Assembly: GCA_964016885.1 (NCBI GenBank)
Contig: OZ024741.1
Span: 82,026,001 to 82,090,000, forward strand
Length of the DNA stretch: 64,000 nucleotides
Direction: 5' to 3'
From: Eledone cirrhosa
Lineage: Eukaryota
The notes under the pieces are model-generated. The model ran no database searches. It was not told where the DNA came from and saw only the letters and a list, made by a program, of their open reading frames with translations. Made by a program: the position numbers and the translations under genes. This document shows positions 26,276-40,099 of the stretch, one piece after another. The stretch's first letter is position 1; the number at the start of each line of letters is the position of its first letter.

Positions 26276-27826
26276 CAATAATAATAATAATTATTATTGT
26301 TGTTTGTTAATATTTATTTAAGTCGACGTTAATTCTGATCTCAAATAATGTTAAGTATCAATAATATACTGAGGTTGTTTAAGTCGAGTGCTCACGTCCG
26401 TTTTCTGCGGTAATTTGTGACCTTGGAACAAATTCATAAGTCATTAATTCATCTTGGGAATGACGTGCTTGTACAGTGTAAATATGTAGGTAAGTCTTTT
26501 TGCAGCCAAGTCTGTGATTTAATTTCAGTTTCTATTTATTATCAATCTCAAACCATTCCAGTTTTATCTCTCTTGAGAAGAAAAAAAGAAAACATTAACA
26601 TCACACACATTTATTTCTCATTTCCCATTCATGTAAAATATAATAAATCTATAATTAACAAGGAAATCAATACTTGTAGCAATTTTCATTTAAGTACGCT
26701 TGCAAATTTGAAACCAAAGACAAAGTTCAGGTATATTGGGACGTAAAACTAGTCCCTTATGCGCATTAAATTCAGAAGACGTTTCAAAGAATTTTATTTT
26801 TTCTCTTGTAAAGAAACATTAAACACTTTAGTGCCAATTGTGATCAAAGATATATTTTGACGGTTTTGTAAGTGTGAATATTATCATTAGAATTTGTACT
26901 CGATACACAACAATGGAATGCAGAATAAAAACTAAAAATAAAAGTTATCCATTAGGGAATCGACTCAGCACTATATATTGCAATGAAATTAATTTAATTT
27001 CCTTTCTTTATTAAATTTTTGCAATATGTTTTATTATTATTTGTTCCTATTGTTATTGCGGTAAAATAATTATTTTAAAAGTTTATAAAAAATACACTTA
27101 TATTTATATAAATAGCATCTCTTTTACTCGCGAGAACTAATTATTTAAAAAATATAATAAAGACACCTGAATAAATAGGCGTGGCATTTAAGCTATTAGA
27201 TTTATATTGCAGTTCTTTCTGATAGAGTTGTGGTTGTCTTAATTGATTACTATGAACCATGAAATATTTTGTTCCATTTAATTTCTAAGTTTATTCCTCC
27301 CATCTCCAGCTTTCTCTTACCCCACCCCAAACAGCAATTCTTGAATCTCTTATCCTGCCATCTATATTATTTTGTATTCAGATCTATCTCTTCGTGTTAT
27401 CTTGACCTGTTCGAAAACAAAGAGAGAAATTAAGTTCCAAAAACATCTTACGAACATATACTAGGCATTTTATTTACAAACATTTTTGAAAAGGACACAA
27501 GTTGAGGTTTGTCAAACCTCTGCCATGTCACTTGGATGAGGTCGTATGTTGTATATACGAAACCTCTCAGTTATCCACGTCATATAACTGAGGATTTGTT
27601 CGAGAATTTGCTCCGTGGTTGTGTGAAAATTGTTAAGTAGTGAGAAATCAAGAAAGAATATACTACATTGTTTGCAACGTCACTTCGCCTTACATATGTG
27701 TCTGCTGCTTTTACAGAGTAAGCATTTCTACCACATTTCTAAATGTCGACAATTTGTCTTTATAATGAAACAGTATTTCTAAACAGTTAGGTCATAAGGC
27801 AAGCATGATTAGACATAAATGTTATA

Positions 27827-28135
27827 GGGTAAAGAACCCCCTCGGTCACGAATGACCATGGAATTTTCACCTATAAACATTCACCTCCGCGTTTCAAGCT
27901 TAGGTATGATTTTTATTGTGGAGGACCAGCAGTCGGCCTTGCATACCAGACTCCCCTCTTCAAACCATCAATGTGATCGAGGGGGAAAGTGTAGACGGAT
28001 ACAGGTTGGCTCCATTGGTGTCGCAACTTATTATTACAACAGAGTGAACTGGAGCAACGTGAAATAAAGTGTCCAGGAATAGAATTCACAATCACACGAT
28101 TGTGAATCCAAATCTCTATCCACTAAGCCATGCCC
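27827..28135 (-). mobile_element. Decayed SINE, second family
   Basis: Reverse complement starts ggcatggcttagtgg, contains cactttatttcacgttgctccagttcactc, and ends ctttaccc like 6261-6540. Confidence 0.6.
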
Positions 28136-28512
28136 CGAGAGGTTTGACATTTTACTTCCATAAACATCATAGAACTCCCTTTTCAAAAGTCCATTTCGTC
28201 GTTAAGCAATCAATTGTATAATCAACCTAAATCTACCCACCAGATTAATTCCCCAGTCGATATAGCACATCACAATATATGAGGAGATAGGACTCGAGAA
28301 TAACAGGTACGTGTCTAAATGAAGCTTTGTCACAAACAGGTCTCCAAGTATTAGGAGCGAACACTGGATTATATGATATTGCGGCGAAATTCTTAAATGG
28401 GCAACTATTCCCATGTGCATTCTATAGATGTAGTCTCGAGATAAAACTGATGACCACGTTGATAAAAAAAATACTGTAATTTTTTAATTAATTATGAAAT
28501 CTGTCAGTCGAT

Positions 28513-28515
<3 letters not shown>

Positions 28516-28578
<63 letters not shown>

Positions 28579-28627
28579 CATTTATACGTAAATAGATATA
28601 TATAAGTATATACATATACATACATAT

Positions 28628-28666
<39 letters not shown>

Positions 28667-28672
28667 TGTATG

Positions 28673-28703
<31 letters not shown>

Positions 28704-28864
28704 GTATATATGTATATATATATATATGTATGTATATATATGTATATATATGTATATATGTATATATATATATATGTATGTATATATATGTATATATATG
28801 TATATATGTATATATATATATGTATGTATATATATATATGTATGTATATATATATATATATGTG

Positions 28865-28911
<47 letters not shown>

Positions 28912-28912
28912 G

Positions 28913-28971
<59 letters not shown>

Positions 28972-29006
28972 GTAAATATATATATGTATATATGTATATA
29001 TATATT

Positions 29007-29067
<61 letters not shown>

Positions 29068-29095
29068 ACGTATATATATATATATATATATATGA
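28516..29095. repeat. ~580 bp compound (CA)n/(TA)n/(TATG)n microsatellite
   Basis: Seen directly. Confidence 0.95.
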
Positions 29096-29759
29096 ATATA
29101 CATTTAGCGAGAATCGTATTTCGACGAGTGGAAATTAGCGAAACGCAACTTCCCAATTGTGTTGGCGAGCGGTCAATGGATATGAAGAAGATACCAGAGC
29201 TATAAACATAAGTTAATAGGCCATACAAAACTGAGACGATGGTTAAGAAGCGAGCAAGCTAAGCGGGTAAAACAAAATAAGATATAATTGAAATATTTAC
29301 TCGGACCCTCGGGAATGATGGTATAATCCGATATAGGGTTTCTGCGACACCTAAACCAATCTAACTGTCTGCTTATAAATAATAAGCTTTTGGTATAATG
29401 ACCGAACAAGGATGTCACTTTCTCAACAGGCATTTTTTTCTGCGTGCGCCAGGATCCCACAGTGTTCGAGAGCACATGTGAAGTCCAAAGGGGAGAAAAC
29501 CCCTAGTTTTGGCAAATAAATTCAGTATGTGTAGTCATTGCAAAAATTTGCAAAAAAAGCACAAAATGAATAAAGCTCTCAACCGAGTAGTTTTTAAAAT
29601 AAACTTAAGCGATTAATCAGTCATTAGAATTACCTAAAAAAATCACATATATATATATATATACATATATAAGCAGAAGGGATATTCAATTTGTTGGTAA
29701 TTCAACAAATATAAATGTTTATAACTGATTCAGAGCACTCGACCGGTATTCTAGAGTAT

Positions 29760-30100
29760 AATATACAATGATATTAAATAAATGGAAACTATATTTATAA
29801 AACCATATTTATTCTATTATATATATTTCAAGGCTACCAACATTTTGGTACGAAGTGTGTTTTATCAATTTTGACATAACCAAGAAGAATATACCTTAAC
29901 GGAATATACCTAACGATAGTTTCCAAGGAAAACATGAACCGGTAAGGTACATTCTCCTTAGTTATGTCAACATTTATAAAACACACTTCGTATTTTATCT
30001 GATGATAGCGTACCAAAATGTTGGTACCCTTGAAATATATATAATAGCATAAATATGGTTTTATAAATATAGTTTCCATTTATTTAATATCATTGTATAT
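29760..30100. mobile_element. Inverted pair of PLE-like terminal fragments with an HHR-like core in the right arm
   Basis: ~29760-29890 mirrors ~29950-30100. CTGATGA(29999-30005)-gtaccaa aatg ttggtac-GAAA(30032-35). The left arm lacks the CTGATGA segment. Confidence 0.7.
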
Positions 30101-30141
30101 ATATATATATATATATTTGTATAATAAACAATACAACATAA

Positions 30142-30215
30142 TTACCTCATTACCAGAGGTTCCCCGAATAAGACGAATACGAAAAACGTCCTCTTTCGTT
30201 CATCAGACAAGGCAA
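30142..30215 (-). ncRNA. Type I hammerhead motif with a mutated GAAA box
   Basis: Minus strand ttgccttgt-CTGATGA-[imperfect hairpin]-GGAA-cctctgg-TA-atgaggtaa; helix I is 9 bp including G-U pairs. Confidence 0.6.
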
Positions 30216-30247
30216 AATCTCCTCAAGAAAGGCAAGAGTTGAACGGG

Positions 30248-30298
<51 letters not shown>

Positions 30299-30786
30299 TA
30301 ATGCAAGAGATATATAAAAAAATAAGGAAATATAGTTAGGGTATGTGTATATGTATGTATATTCACTCACAAATGTACATATGTGTATATGTACAAATGC
30401 ATGTGTATGGTGAAAATGTGTGCGTAAGTACATATATGAGGGCAAGTATATTTGTGGATGTGTGACCACAAATACGTATATAATATGAGTTGAAGAAGAA
30501 ATTGTAAGATAATATAGTTAACATAGATCCAGATACAGGTATTGAATATATACACATACGAGTATGAAAGCACGAGTATAAACACACACACACGTGCGAT
30601 CAATTATATGCGGAAGATACAGTGGGAAGGGAGTGTAATAGTAAAAAGAAGTGTCATTCTCGATATATGTATAAACATGAAACAATATATGAGAATGAAA
30701 AAAAATGTTTAAATCAAAGAGAAAGTAAGAGGCAGGGCTTATCAATTAACACTAGAAAAAAAGAAAACTAACATAGGTACGCACGT

Positions 30787-30817
<31 letters not shown>

Positions 30818-31012
30818 AATATATATACTTATAAATACGTACAGACAAAAGCGCATGCATGCGTACACACATACACACGAGGCACATATATATATATATA
30901 TATATATATATCGCCACATATATATCTAATCCCACGTACGTACACGACTATATATATATATATACATACACACCCATACATACATATATATATATATATA
31001 TACATACACACC

Positions 31013-31056
<44 letters not shown>

Positions 31057-31386
31057 CACATACATTCACCCACATACACACACGTATAAATAAGTATGTA
31101 AAAAACATAGATATAAAAACACACATACATATATATACGCACGCACGCACACATACGGAGGCGTTCGTATACACACATATGCACACTCACACCCATAGAT
31201 ACAAATTATAAACCAGCCGTATGAATAAATGAGTACAAATATAAAAGCGGCTGCGAAACAACAGAATATATCTGAAGTGGAAAACACAAGTGACAAGTTA
31301 TATCAGGTAGTGAAAGAAAATGGGGAAGTAAAATGTGGAATGTGAAGATATTAGGTAAGTGAATCAAAAAGTAGGGGGGGGGGGGT

Positions 31387-32525
31387 TCACTGGTGGATGT
31401 GAAGTAAAAATAAAAATAAAATTAAAAATAAAGTTAAAAATGAAAGTAAATCAGAAAGAGAAGTCTGTAAAGTGGATAATTTAAGGAAAGTGAAGAACAA
31501 GAGTTTATGGAGGATAAGTATCTGAAAGTGAGTTAAGTTTATATGAGCTGGAAAGCAAGTGTGATTCATGTGTGGGCAACTGGTGAACATTTCTGTTTTT
31601 GCGTTTAGGCAGGTTTTTGGTGATTTAAGGTTCTGTAAAATCCAATATTTTTCACTTATGCAGAGTGTGCATCTTCTTGTTCCTCTTGCATATTCTTTAG
31701 ATTGGTTCAAAATTGACCAATCCAATTTATATTGGATACCTTGGTCTTTCAAATCCCATATTCTGATGGCAAGACCTGTTGTAAATCTTTTTTATTGATG
31801 TAGGAAAGATGCGACATGTGAGTAATAACGCGTTTTGAATTTGTCTTGTGTCATACCCACATATCGTTCGCTCGTGGTTGGTACGTTGTTGCTGATGGTT
31901 GTCACTTTAGCCGCATATACAATGACTTTGGTGTTGGATTTACCTTGTAATGTGCATTCACTTTTGACTCTACAGGAGCAATTTTGATGTTCTCTGGGTG
32001 TTTTCTTATTGATGATATAAGATTTAATAGGGGGACCGCAGCAGTAGCTAATTTTGACACAGTTTCTATTGAAAATCTTATAGTATCTATGTCTTCTAGG
32101 GAAATGTTTATCTAAGAGCTCTAGGAATGTTTTGCCTACATTAGTTTTAACTGCTAAAGAGTAGGGGTGTGTGAACCAGATTATTTTTCATTTCCTATTA
32201 TTATTTTTAAAGGAGTTAGTATTGTTGGGTATGTACTTAATCGGTTCGCCAAATCCGCTATTTTGAAGGGCTTTATTATAGTAGGGGATGCCTTATTGAA
32301 AATAGCTTCTGAGGAAGAGAGGGTGGAGATCCTACGGCTAATATTAGGGATAAGGATTTTAAAAACTATAGGATGATGACAATAGCCTTTATTTATATAT
32401 TTTACATTTTCATTAGGTTTATGGTACGGTTTATAAGAAGCAGTAGGCAGATCTAGGTTTATATCTAGAAAATTAACATTGCAAAGGTTAGTGTCAATAG
32501 TAATTTTATTTTTAATCTTAAATTT
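31387..32525 (-). mobile_element. 5'-truncated PLE fragment (RT thumb and GIY-YIG), same type as 36315-40085 but a different family
   Basis: VNFLDINLDL..YKPYHKPN, CSCRVKSECTLQG, IVYAAKV..YVGMTQDKFKTRYYSH, WSIL..CTLCISEK..LNAKTEMFTSCPH. Confidence 0.85.
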
Positions 32526-32769
32526 ACTATTGAAACTAAATGAAAGTGCCCATGACCATTGGGAGTAGATAAGTAACCTATGCCTTAAACTTGGTGAAAA
32601 TACTGTAGAAATGCATAAGGTGTACGCACACACACGCGCGCGCGGGCGTGTGTGTGTGTTTGTGTGTGTGTATGTATTTATGTGTGCGTATGTATGTGTA
32701 TGTCCGTCGGCCCATATGTATGTACTGGCCTAAATCTTCACTATTTACTTTTACTATTTTAAGGCAAAG

Positions 32770-32878
32770 TAAAATTCCGTTGAGGTTAACTTTGCCTTTC
32801 CTCCTTACGGGGTCGATAAAATAAAGTACCAGTAATGTACTGGGTAATTTCTGGCCTTGTGCCAAAAGTAGAAACAAC
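32770..32878 (+). mobile_element. 5'-truncated SINE of the 12444 family
   Basis: gaggttaactttgcctttcctccttacggggtcgataaaataaagtaccag…gtagaaacaa. Confidence 0.8.
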
Positions 32879-33359
32879 TATTTTAATAACCTCTGTCATT
32901 TTCGTTTACAATTTTATTTCTAATCATTCTTAAACTCCGGGGCTGGAAACGATTCGGTTATTTTAAATAGAATATTAGTCTAACGACTCCATTTACACCA
33001 TAAACTTGGTCTTGTCTTGGCATGAAATTGTTCTTCTCGGTCCACATAACGACGTATCATCCTCGCTTTTTTCCCGTTCATTACCAGGGAACGTCTTCAC
33101 GAACCAAAATATCGTTTTTCTGTTTTCCTTCGGTTGCAACGTTTCCCGAAATATTTAATTCTGCGTTCACAGATTGAATTTTTTAGTTTAAGAAGATCCC
33201 GTTAATGTTGAAAGCAGCGATTCTTTGCTTAAACTTTCTTTATTTCTCAACCCCTCTGCCTTTTATCTCATACCCTCTCTCTCTCTCTTTCTCTCTCTCT
33301 CTCACTCATACCTCCTCTCTCTCTCTTCCTCTACAGAATGGAGAACAATAAAGAACGCA

Positions 33360-33399
<40 letters not shown>

Positions 33400-33779
33400 A
33401 ATATATATATGTTTGTGTGTGTGTGTGTGTGAGAACCAGCGTTCGTTGCCATTATCTCTCACTCTCTCTGTCTCTCTATCTGATTATCTTGTACCTCTCT
33501 CTGTACAACGACCTATCTCACTCTCTCTCTACATCTCTCTTTCTCTCTTTAGATGTATATGTATATGTGGGTGTGCGTGATATATATATATAGAGAGAGA
33601 GTTGCAACATGTATGTAGTTTCATGGATTTTTTAGGGTAGTAGTGTATTCAAATAGGCTTGTTTTCAAGCAAACATAATTTATTCATAGTTGCACAAACA
33701 ACATTACAAATCGTTTGCAATTCCTTCAGAATGAAAATATAAACAGAGCGTAAAAATAAATTTACAGTAGAATAACATA

Positions 33780-34035
33780 ACAAAAATGTTTTAAATATAT
33801 ACAAATGCCTCGGTAAAGGATGATACAATGAAAGATATATTCCTTCAATGCTACAATATTAAAGAAAATGTAATGGAAGGGGTGAACAACGGAGCCAACA
33901 CCAGAGCAAAAGACAGCAGCGTCGCGAATACTGGGAAACCTCTCTAATGATTTTTGAGGCAAGCCAGCACACTCGCAGCGTTGCCTCGGTTGATGGCGAG
34001 GCTGATCCGCTGAAATATTGTTTTAAAAGACTTTT
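33780..34035 (-). mobile_element. 3' end of a CRE-clade-like non-LTR retrotransposon
   Basis: Minus translation IFQRISLAINRGNAASVLAC matches the FQRLSxAxQRGNAxxxLG C-terminal motif of CRE-type RLE elements. Confidence 0.65.
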
Positions 34036-34149
34036 TGATGGAAATGAAGCAAAATGGAAGCTTATGTTGAAATTTCGAACTCATCAATTTTGCAGGGTCG
34101 AAAACTGTTCGCGTATTTTTGTACCTTTGCACGCGTAGTGTGTTCGTAA

Positions 34150-34408
34150 CGTAAATAGATAAACAAAAATGACGCCATAAAAGGGAAATAACTCGTCTCT
34201 CATCTCTATTTATACATTTGAACTGAAAAATCAATACAATACAAATTCGATTTTTGCACTTGACGTGGGTTGATTTGAAAATTATTTTGACCGATGTCTC
34301 CGCCAGACCTTCTTCTATAAGTGTAGTAATTTCACCGAAATTTGAACGTACGGTTTAGGAGGAGATATATGCCGACCGTTTTAGTAGACAGACAGACAGA
34401 CAACCACA

Positions 34409-34415
<7 letters not shown>
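34150..34415 (-). mobile_element. Probable 5' part of a non-autonomous Helitron-like element
   Basis: Minus strand (TA)n-aaaactgtggttgtctgtctgtc…aaaccgtacgttcaaatttcggtgaaatt, a layout typical of Helitron/HINE 5' ends. No 3' end found. Confidence 0.4.
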
Positions 34416-34488
<73 letters not shown>

Positions 34489-35988
34489 TATGCATTGCTA
34501 GCCTGTCAGTTTGCTTGCCTGTCAGTTGTTACCATAGATATGAATGATGAACATTAGAATACATTTTTCGCTAAAAAGAACATCTTTTCATCTTCGTATT
34601 TAGTTCATTCATTTGCACATAGACTAGCATTATGTTAGAGAAAAAGAACGCCTGGGAATTGCTGCTTTATTTAACCACTCCTTCAATGGCTGACTGCATC
34701 TATTAAGCAGAGATAATTACCCAAATAAAGAAAATAACACCCACCCCACAAAAAGTCAAAATTAACATAAAACGAAAAGAATAAGGGGTGTGTAGGAAGA
34801 GGTACTGTACAGTAGAGTAAGATAGAGTTGAGGATAGAAGAATATAGTAGAATTGGTATGGAATAGATGGGGTGGAATGGTGTGGATTCGGGTAGAATGG
34901 AGTATTATTGGGATGATTTGCTATATTACAACAACGGAATAATGATTGATAAGACGAAACAAATGAGCAAATTTGTAAAAGACGTATCTCTCCCTTTCTC
35001 TCTCTCTCTCTTTCTCTATCAATTTCTACTCCCCTCTCTCATAGAATCTAAAAATTACGTTTGGAAGTGTTGGTTAATTTTCCCAAATCTCTTCTTTTAT
35101 AGTTTTGTAATGAATAGAAATTTAGGTATTGAAAGAAAATTGATATAATACTGTATAGAATCTCATTTATTTAAATATTTTTTACTGATGTAAACAGTTG
35201 TATTTGATATGAATATCAAATAGACACAAGCCCACACATAGACACGCACATAAATACACGTGTCTTTATTGTAATTTAAATATTGCTATAAACTTGATGC
35301 AATACCATATAATATCTCATTTATTTCAATATTTTTTATTGATATAAACAGGTGTATTTGATATGAAAATCCAGCACACCCACGCAAATACATGTGATTT
35401 CAGTATAACATATATAAAGCATGTTACCAGTGAAGGCATGATTGTGATGCAAGATCAATAATTTTCATTAATGAATTTTAATAGTTTCTCATTTAAATTT
35501 TATGTTTAGTTTGTTCGACAGTCCGTTAAGGTTTTGAAACACTCTGGTACCTATCTCTAAATATATTCTATTTGGGACTAGACATATATATAATTTAATT
35601 TATGGAATTGTAGAATAATGTTTCTCTTAGAAAAACCCATCCTGTTCCAGTAATGACTGAACATGTGCTAGTACAGGAAAAGATACTCTGCGAGCGCAAT
35701 TTGTGCAGGACATTTAAGGGAAGACCAGCATTCGTCCATTCAAGCAAATATCCTCTCCACACCATTGATATTGTTTTAGTGTAAGGCGAATGCTAATACA
35801 ATTCGGGACCCAAGTTGTCGTAGGCGAGCTCAGAACGGAAAATGCCGATGATTCATCAATTACTACTCATAGCCGTGGACGGGGAATTTATTTGTCGACT
35901 CAGAAATGATGAAAAGTAAAAAGTGGGTGTTTGTACGTGTGCATACTTACTTTTATGTATCTGCAAGAGCGAGAAATAAAGTTCTAAT

Positions 35989-36036
<48 letters not shown>

Positions 36037-36039
36037 ATT

Positions 36040-36300
36040 TAGCTTCGGGCATAGCTGTATAGAAAATATGTTTAGAAATTTCGTATGTCTAAAGAAACAC
36101 AGTTTTAGGAAGCCGTAGCTATGCAAACACCGGGGCTAACGGCTTCTGGTGGTGTCCAGTGGAAGCAATGGATACAACCGTCTATGCCTTTCAGACTTGA
36201 CTGGTCCTCTTCAGGACAGTCTCTCCAGCGGGCGTTAGCCCTGGCGTTTGCAGAGCTACGGCTACCTAAAATCGTGTGTCTTTAGAAATACGAAATTTAC
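36040..36300. mobile_element. Short inverted non-coding element containing an HHR; family of 50810-51250
   Basis: ~36077-36142 mirrors ~36232-36298. Minus-strand HHR 36177-36220: actgtc-CTGAAGA-g gac cagtcaa gtc t-GAAA-ggca-TA-gacggt. Confidence 0.75.
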
Positions 36301-36314
36301 ATATATTAATATAT

Positions 36315-39300
36315 ATGTAGATAAATCTACCAAAAAGTACGGTAGTGTCCAATCCGTATGAAGAACTCAATGTAATCCGAATATCATGAAAAGAGAAGAT
36401 GTATTCAAAAATCTTTTTCGATGAAAAATACAGGAAAGCAGAGTCAAGATAAATTAATAAAAATAATGAATAAACAAAGAAACAGTTCCTTATATTAAAA
36501 AAATTCATCATTTTACGATCGTTTCTAGGATATATATGTTAGTGTTGGTATGCATATCATATAGATATATGTAAAATTTTTACAAACTATCAGAAGGAAT
36601 ATACAAACCTACACATATATATGCTGTCTTCAGAAATAATGATATTTGTTTATTGAAAAAAACAAACAAAGATTTAATACAATAGGTCTGTTTGAGAACA
36701 GGTTTTGAATTGACCAATAGAAAGAGAGTGAAGGTCAAGATGGTAAAATAGTAGTAATAGAGCCTTAATTTAGGGGTAGAGGAAGGTAGATTTCAGTTTT
36801 GGATGGAAAGAATATTATGAATGAAAGATTATTTTAGGGATGAAAATAGGACATATGCTGTCTTCAGAAATAATTATATTTGTTCATTGAATAAAACCAA
36901 CAAAGATTTAATATAATAGGTCTGTTTGGGAACAGGTTTTGAATTGACCAGTAGAAAGGTAATAACTGGCTAAATGGTATAATAGTAGTAATGGAACTTT
37001 AATTTAGGGGTAGAAGAAGGCAGATTTCAGTTTTGAATGGAAGGAGTATGATGAATAAAAAGGTTATTTTAGGGGTGAAAATAGGTCAGGTCGGTAAAAG
37101 GTACACGAAAAATTGCTGTTATAAAAGAATAATGCCATTGTAAATATCTAAGGAGACTAAAATTTTACGATAAAAGTGTTAGTGAAAAAATATATGGAAT
37201 TTACATCTATGAAAAGAAAAAAAATTAATTAATTAAATTGATAGGTATATTTATATTGATAAAATTATATTAATGCATATAGATATGATAAATTAGAGTT
37301 AGATGTAATTGAAGAGTGCTGTTAAAAACGAGGGGAAATAAAAAAAATATATATATAATTATTGGGGGGGGGGCGGGGTTAACATTATTAGTGAGAAATA
37401 ACAAATATATAGAGATTACAAGGAACATAGAATCCTAACCTGAAATTAAATTAGTATATATGTATACTTAATGGTATCAATTTTAGGAAAAGATAGTTAT
37501 GTAGTTCATCAGTAGTAGAATATTAATTATAGTTTAACTAAATTTAAAAAAATGTTATAATAATTTCTAAAGTGTATATTAATTAGGTTTATAATATTTA
37601 AAGGTTTTTCTCAATTTATGATTACGCTATATTATTAATTCCTGTCGCTTATTTAATAGGATATCCTTAGATTTCATTATTTCGAAAAGTTCTTGGGAAC
37701 ATAATCTACATTCATATCTATTATTTTGATAAGGGGTGGCTCTTTTGAGCACACTCCAGGTCAGGTCATAATCTATATTCCTCTTTCTATAATCATTAAT
37801 TATTTCAGCTAAAGATGTTGTATTAGCTACTGCGGCATTTTTAAAACTGTGTTTGTGGGTATTAAATCTTACTTTAAATTGGTTAGAGGTAGCTCCTATA
37901 TATGAATAAATTGAGTGCTTAGTGTTAACTTTACATTTATATACTATGTTATTAACAAGGCAATTTCCTTTTAATGGGCAATTTGCTTTGTTTCTACAAT
38001 TACAACTTTTCGTGAATCCTGTATCAGAGGAGATATTATGGTTAGTTTGATGTATTGGTGGTATACTCATGTTTTTTTTACATTTATATGCATTATAGGC
38101 ACTTATATTATGTTTTATGTTTTTGGTTGTTGAGTAGGAGAATTTAACCGTTGATCTATTTAAAATTTGATGGTATTTGTGGTTTGGCGGAAAGTTCTTC
38201 TCTAGGATAGTAAACAATTTTTCAGGTATATTATCTTTAATTTGTAAATTAAATGGAGCATTATACCAAGTAACTCGTCTATTACCGTTTCGATGTTGTT
38301 TATTATTTTTATAGGAAGTGTCCTGGTGTTTATTAAGAGAATTATTGTTAATGACTTCATCACCCACATTTTTAGTTAGATTCATTGAATTAGGTGTTTT
38401 AGCTTGTTTATTAGGAGTTTTATTATTAATATTTATTAGAGTAGTAGGATGAATAGTTTTTTGAGAGTTACTATATTGTATATTAGAAGAGTTAGAGAAA
38501 TTTAGTTTTATGTTGGTATTTTTGGGTATAGTGTGAGTGGCATTTAGGTGTGTATGTTTCATTTGGTGTTTGTTGGTAATATTAGGTTGTATGTTTGTAG
38601 TGTTATTGGTACAAGGTATATATACTACTTTATTTTTGTGGCCACTTCTAGCTAAAGCTTCGTTATAAAAGGTCGCATTTTTATCAAATACATCCTGGTT
38701 AGATGAAAGGTTAGAAATTCTGAGTGAGATATTATATGCTAGGTTTTTAAGGATAGATTTAGGGTGATTAGAGAGTGAGTGTATGCAATGTAAGTTTTGG
38801 TTAGGTTATGGTAAGGTTGGTAGATACCCGTAGATAAGTCTAATGTTATATCAAGGAAATTAACTACTTTACTTGTGTTTTCAAATGTAATATCTAGTCT
38901 ATAATAGTCTTTGAGGAAAGTTTTTTTTATTTTTTTCAATCTCTGAAAGGCTAAGGTTATTGGAAAGAAAAAGACAGTCGTCACGATATAAACCACCTTT
39001 AAGGTGGGGAAAGGAAGCATTTATGTTAAAAAGAAGAAAGAGGCCCACAAGATCAGTAATTTGGGCAGAATCACTTGAGCCCATAGTAATGTCGAATAGA
39101 TTACTATATTTGTTTCTGGTCCAGTATTCATTTTGAAAAGCCAGTAGTGTTTGTCTAGCATGTGTAATAATATTAATGCCATCCAAAGTTAAGTTAGAAC
39201 TATTTTTGGCAAATATCAAGGCTTTGTTCAGGAGTATAGGTGATATAGAGGAATAATAATTATCTATATCAAATTGTAGAAATGAAGCAGAAGATTTATT

Positions 39301-40085
39301 TCTAATATTATTAAACCAGTTAATTACCTGGGATGTGTTTTCCCAGAGTGGTAAATTAACATGTTTTCTTAGTTGTGGGATGACTCTATCTAAAATCTTT
39401 TTACTAATGATTCCAATATCAGATTTGGAAGGGCATATAAGCCTTATAGAAGGATTAGAGTTAAAGTTAGATTTGTGATCTTTTAGGTTGAAATGCGGTC
39501 TTTTCAGTGTCAAAGGTTCAGTTCTATCTTCAATATTAAGTCTATTTACTATGTTGTGTGTTTTGTTGTTGATGTTGGTAAGTGACGCATTGTTTGTTTT
39601 TTTATAACTTTTCCTGAGTTCTTTATATATGAACTCATTGTAATTATCAATATCCATGTGATACAGATTTCCAGTTTTGTCAGAGTGGACATGGATTTTG
39701 TTAGATTTTTTTAGATCCAATACGGTAGAATCAAGATATTTTTGAAAATTAGATTTATACTTCTTAAATTTGAGGTGTTTGATTAAGTTAAAAAGGTCTT
39801 TCTCAAAGTTTTCAAGTAAGGACTTATGTGATTGATTTTTATATGTAGTGAAATCATATAAATATTTCTTATCAGTACATTTTGTTTTTTTTATCGAAGT
39901 GGTAGGCCCTCCATCTGACACTTTTGATAAATTGGTTGGTTTTATGTATCATAAGAAGTAAGAAATCATCCTTTGAAGGTAATCGTATAATCTTTAAAGA
40001 AGTTCCCAAGTATTGTTTTTCCATTGTGATATGGATAATGGACAAAAAAAGGAGGTCAACTATATATATATGGAGTTATAAAGTT
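36315..40085 (-). mobile_element. Near full-length PLE family H1 (YRDD-type RT and C-terminal GIY-YIG; probably Hydra clade), decayed
   Basis: ATG at 40024 (MEKQYLGTSLK..FIKSVRWRA), SDKTGNLY, LKDHK..RLICPSKS, FDIDNYYSSI, FDITMGSSDSAQ, GLYRDD, CNCRNKANCPLKGNC, IVYKC..YIGAT, CRLC..LLNKRQE. The ~1.3 kb 3' UTR has a ~235 bp tandem duplication and an HHR. The clade label is inference from recalled motifs. Confidence 0.9.
36507..36640 (-). ncRNA. Extended-stem-II hammerhead, canonical core (family H1)
   Basis: Minus strand attattt-CTGAAGA(36633-27)-[101 nt]-GAAA(36525-22)-cgatc-GTA-aaatgat. Confidence 0.7.
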
Positions 40086-40099
40086 ATATATATATATAT

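Noticed and set aside
28488-29228. Long YI/HT/CV-repeat ORFs here and throughout the ORF track
   Set aside because: They are translations of (TA)n, (CA)n and (GA)n microsatellites.
36315-40085. Assignment to Naiad/Chlamys PLEs because of the CxC motif
   Set aside because: Those clades have an N-terminal endonuclease; here GIY-YIG is C-terminal to RT.
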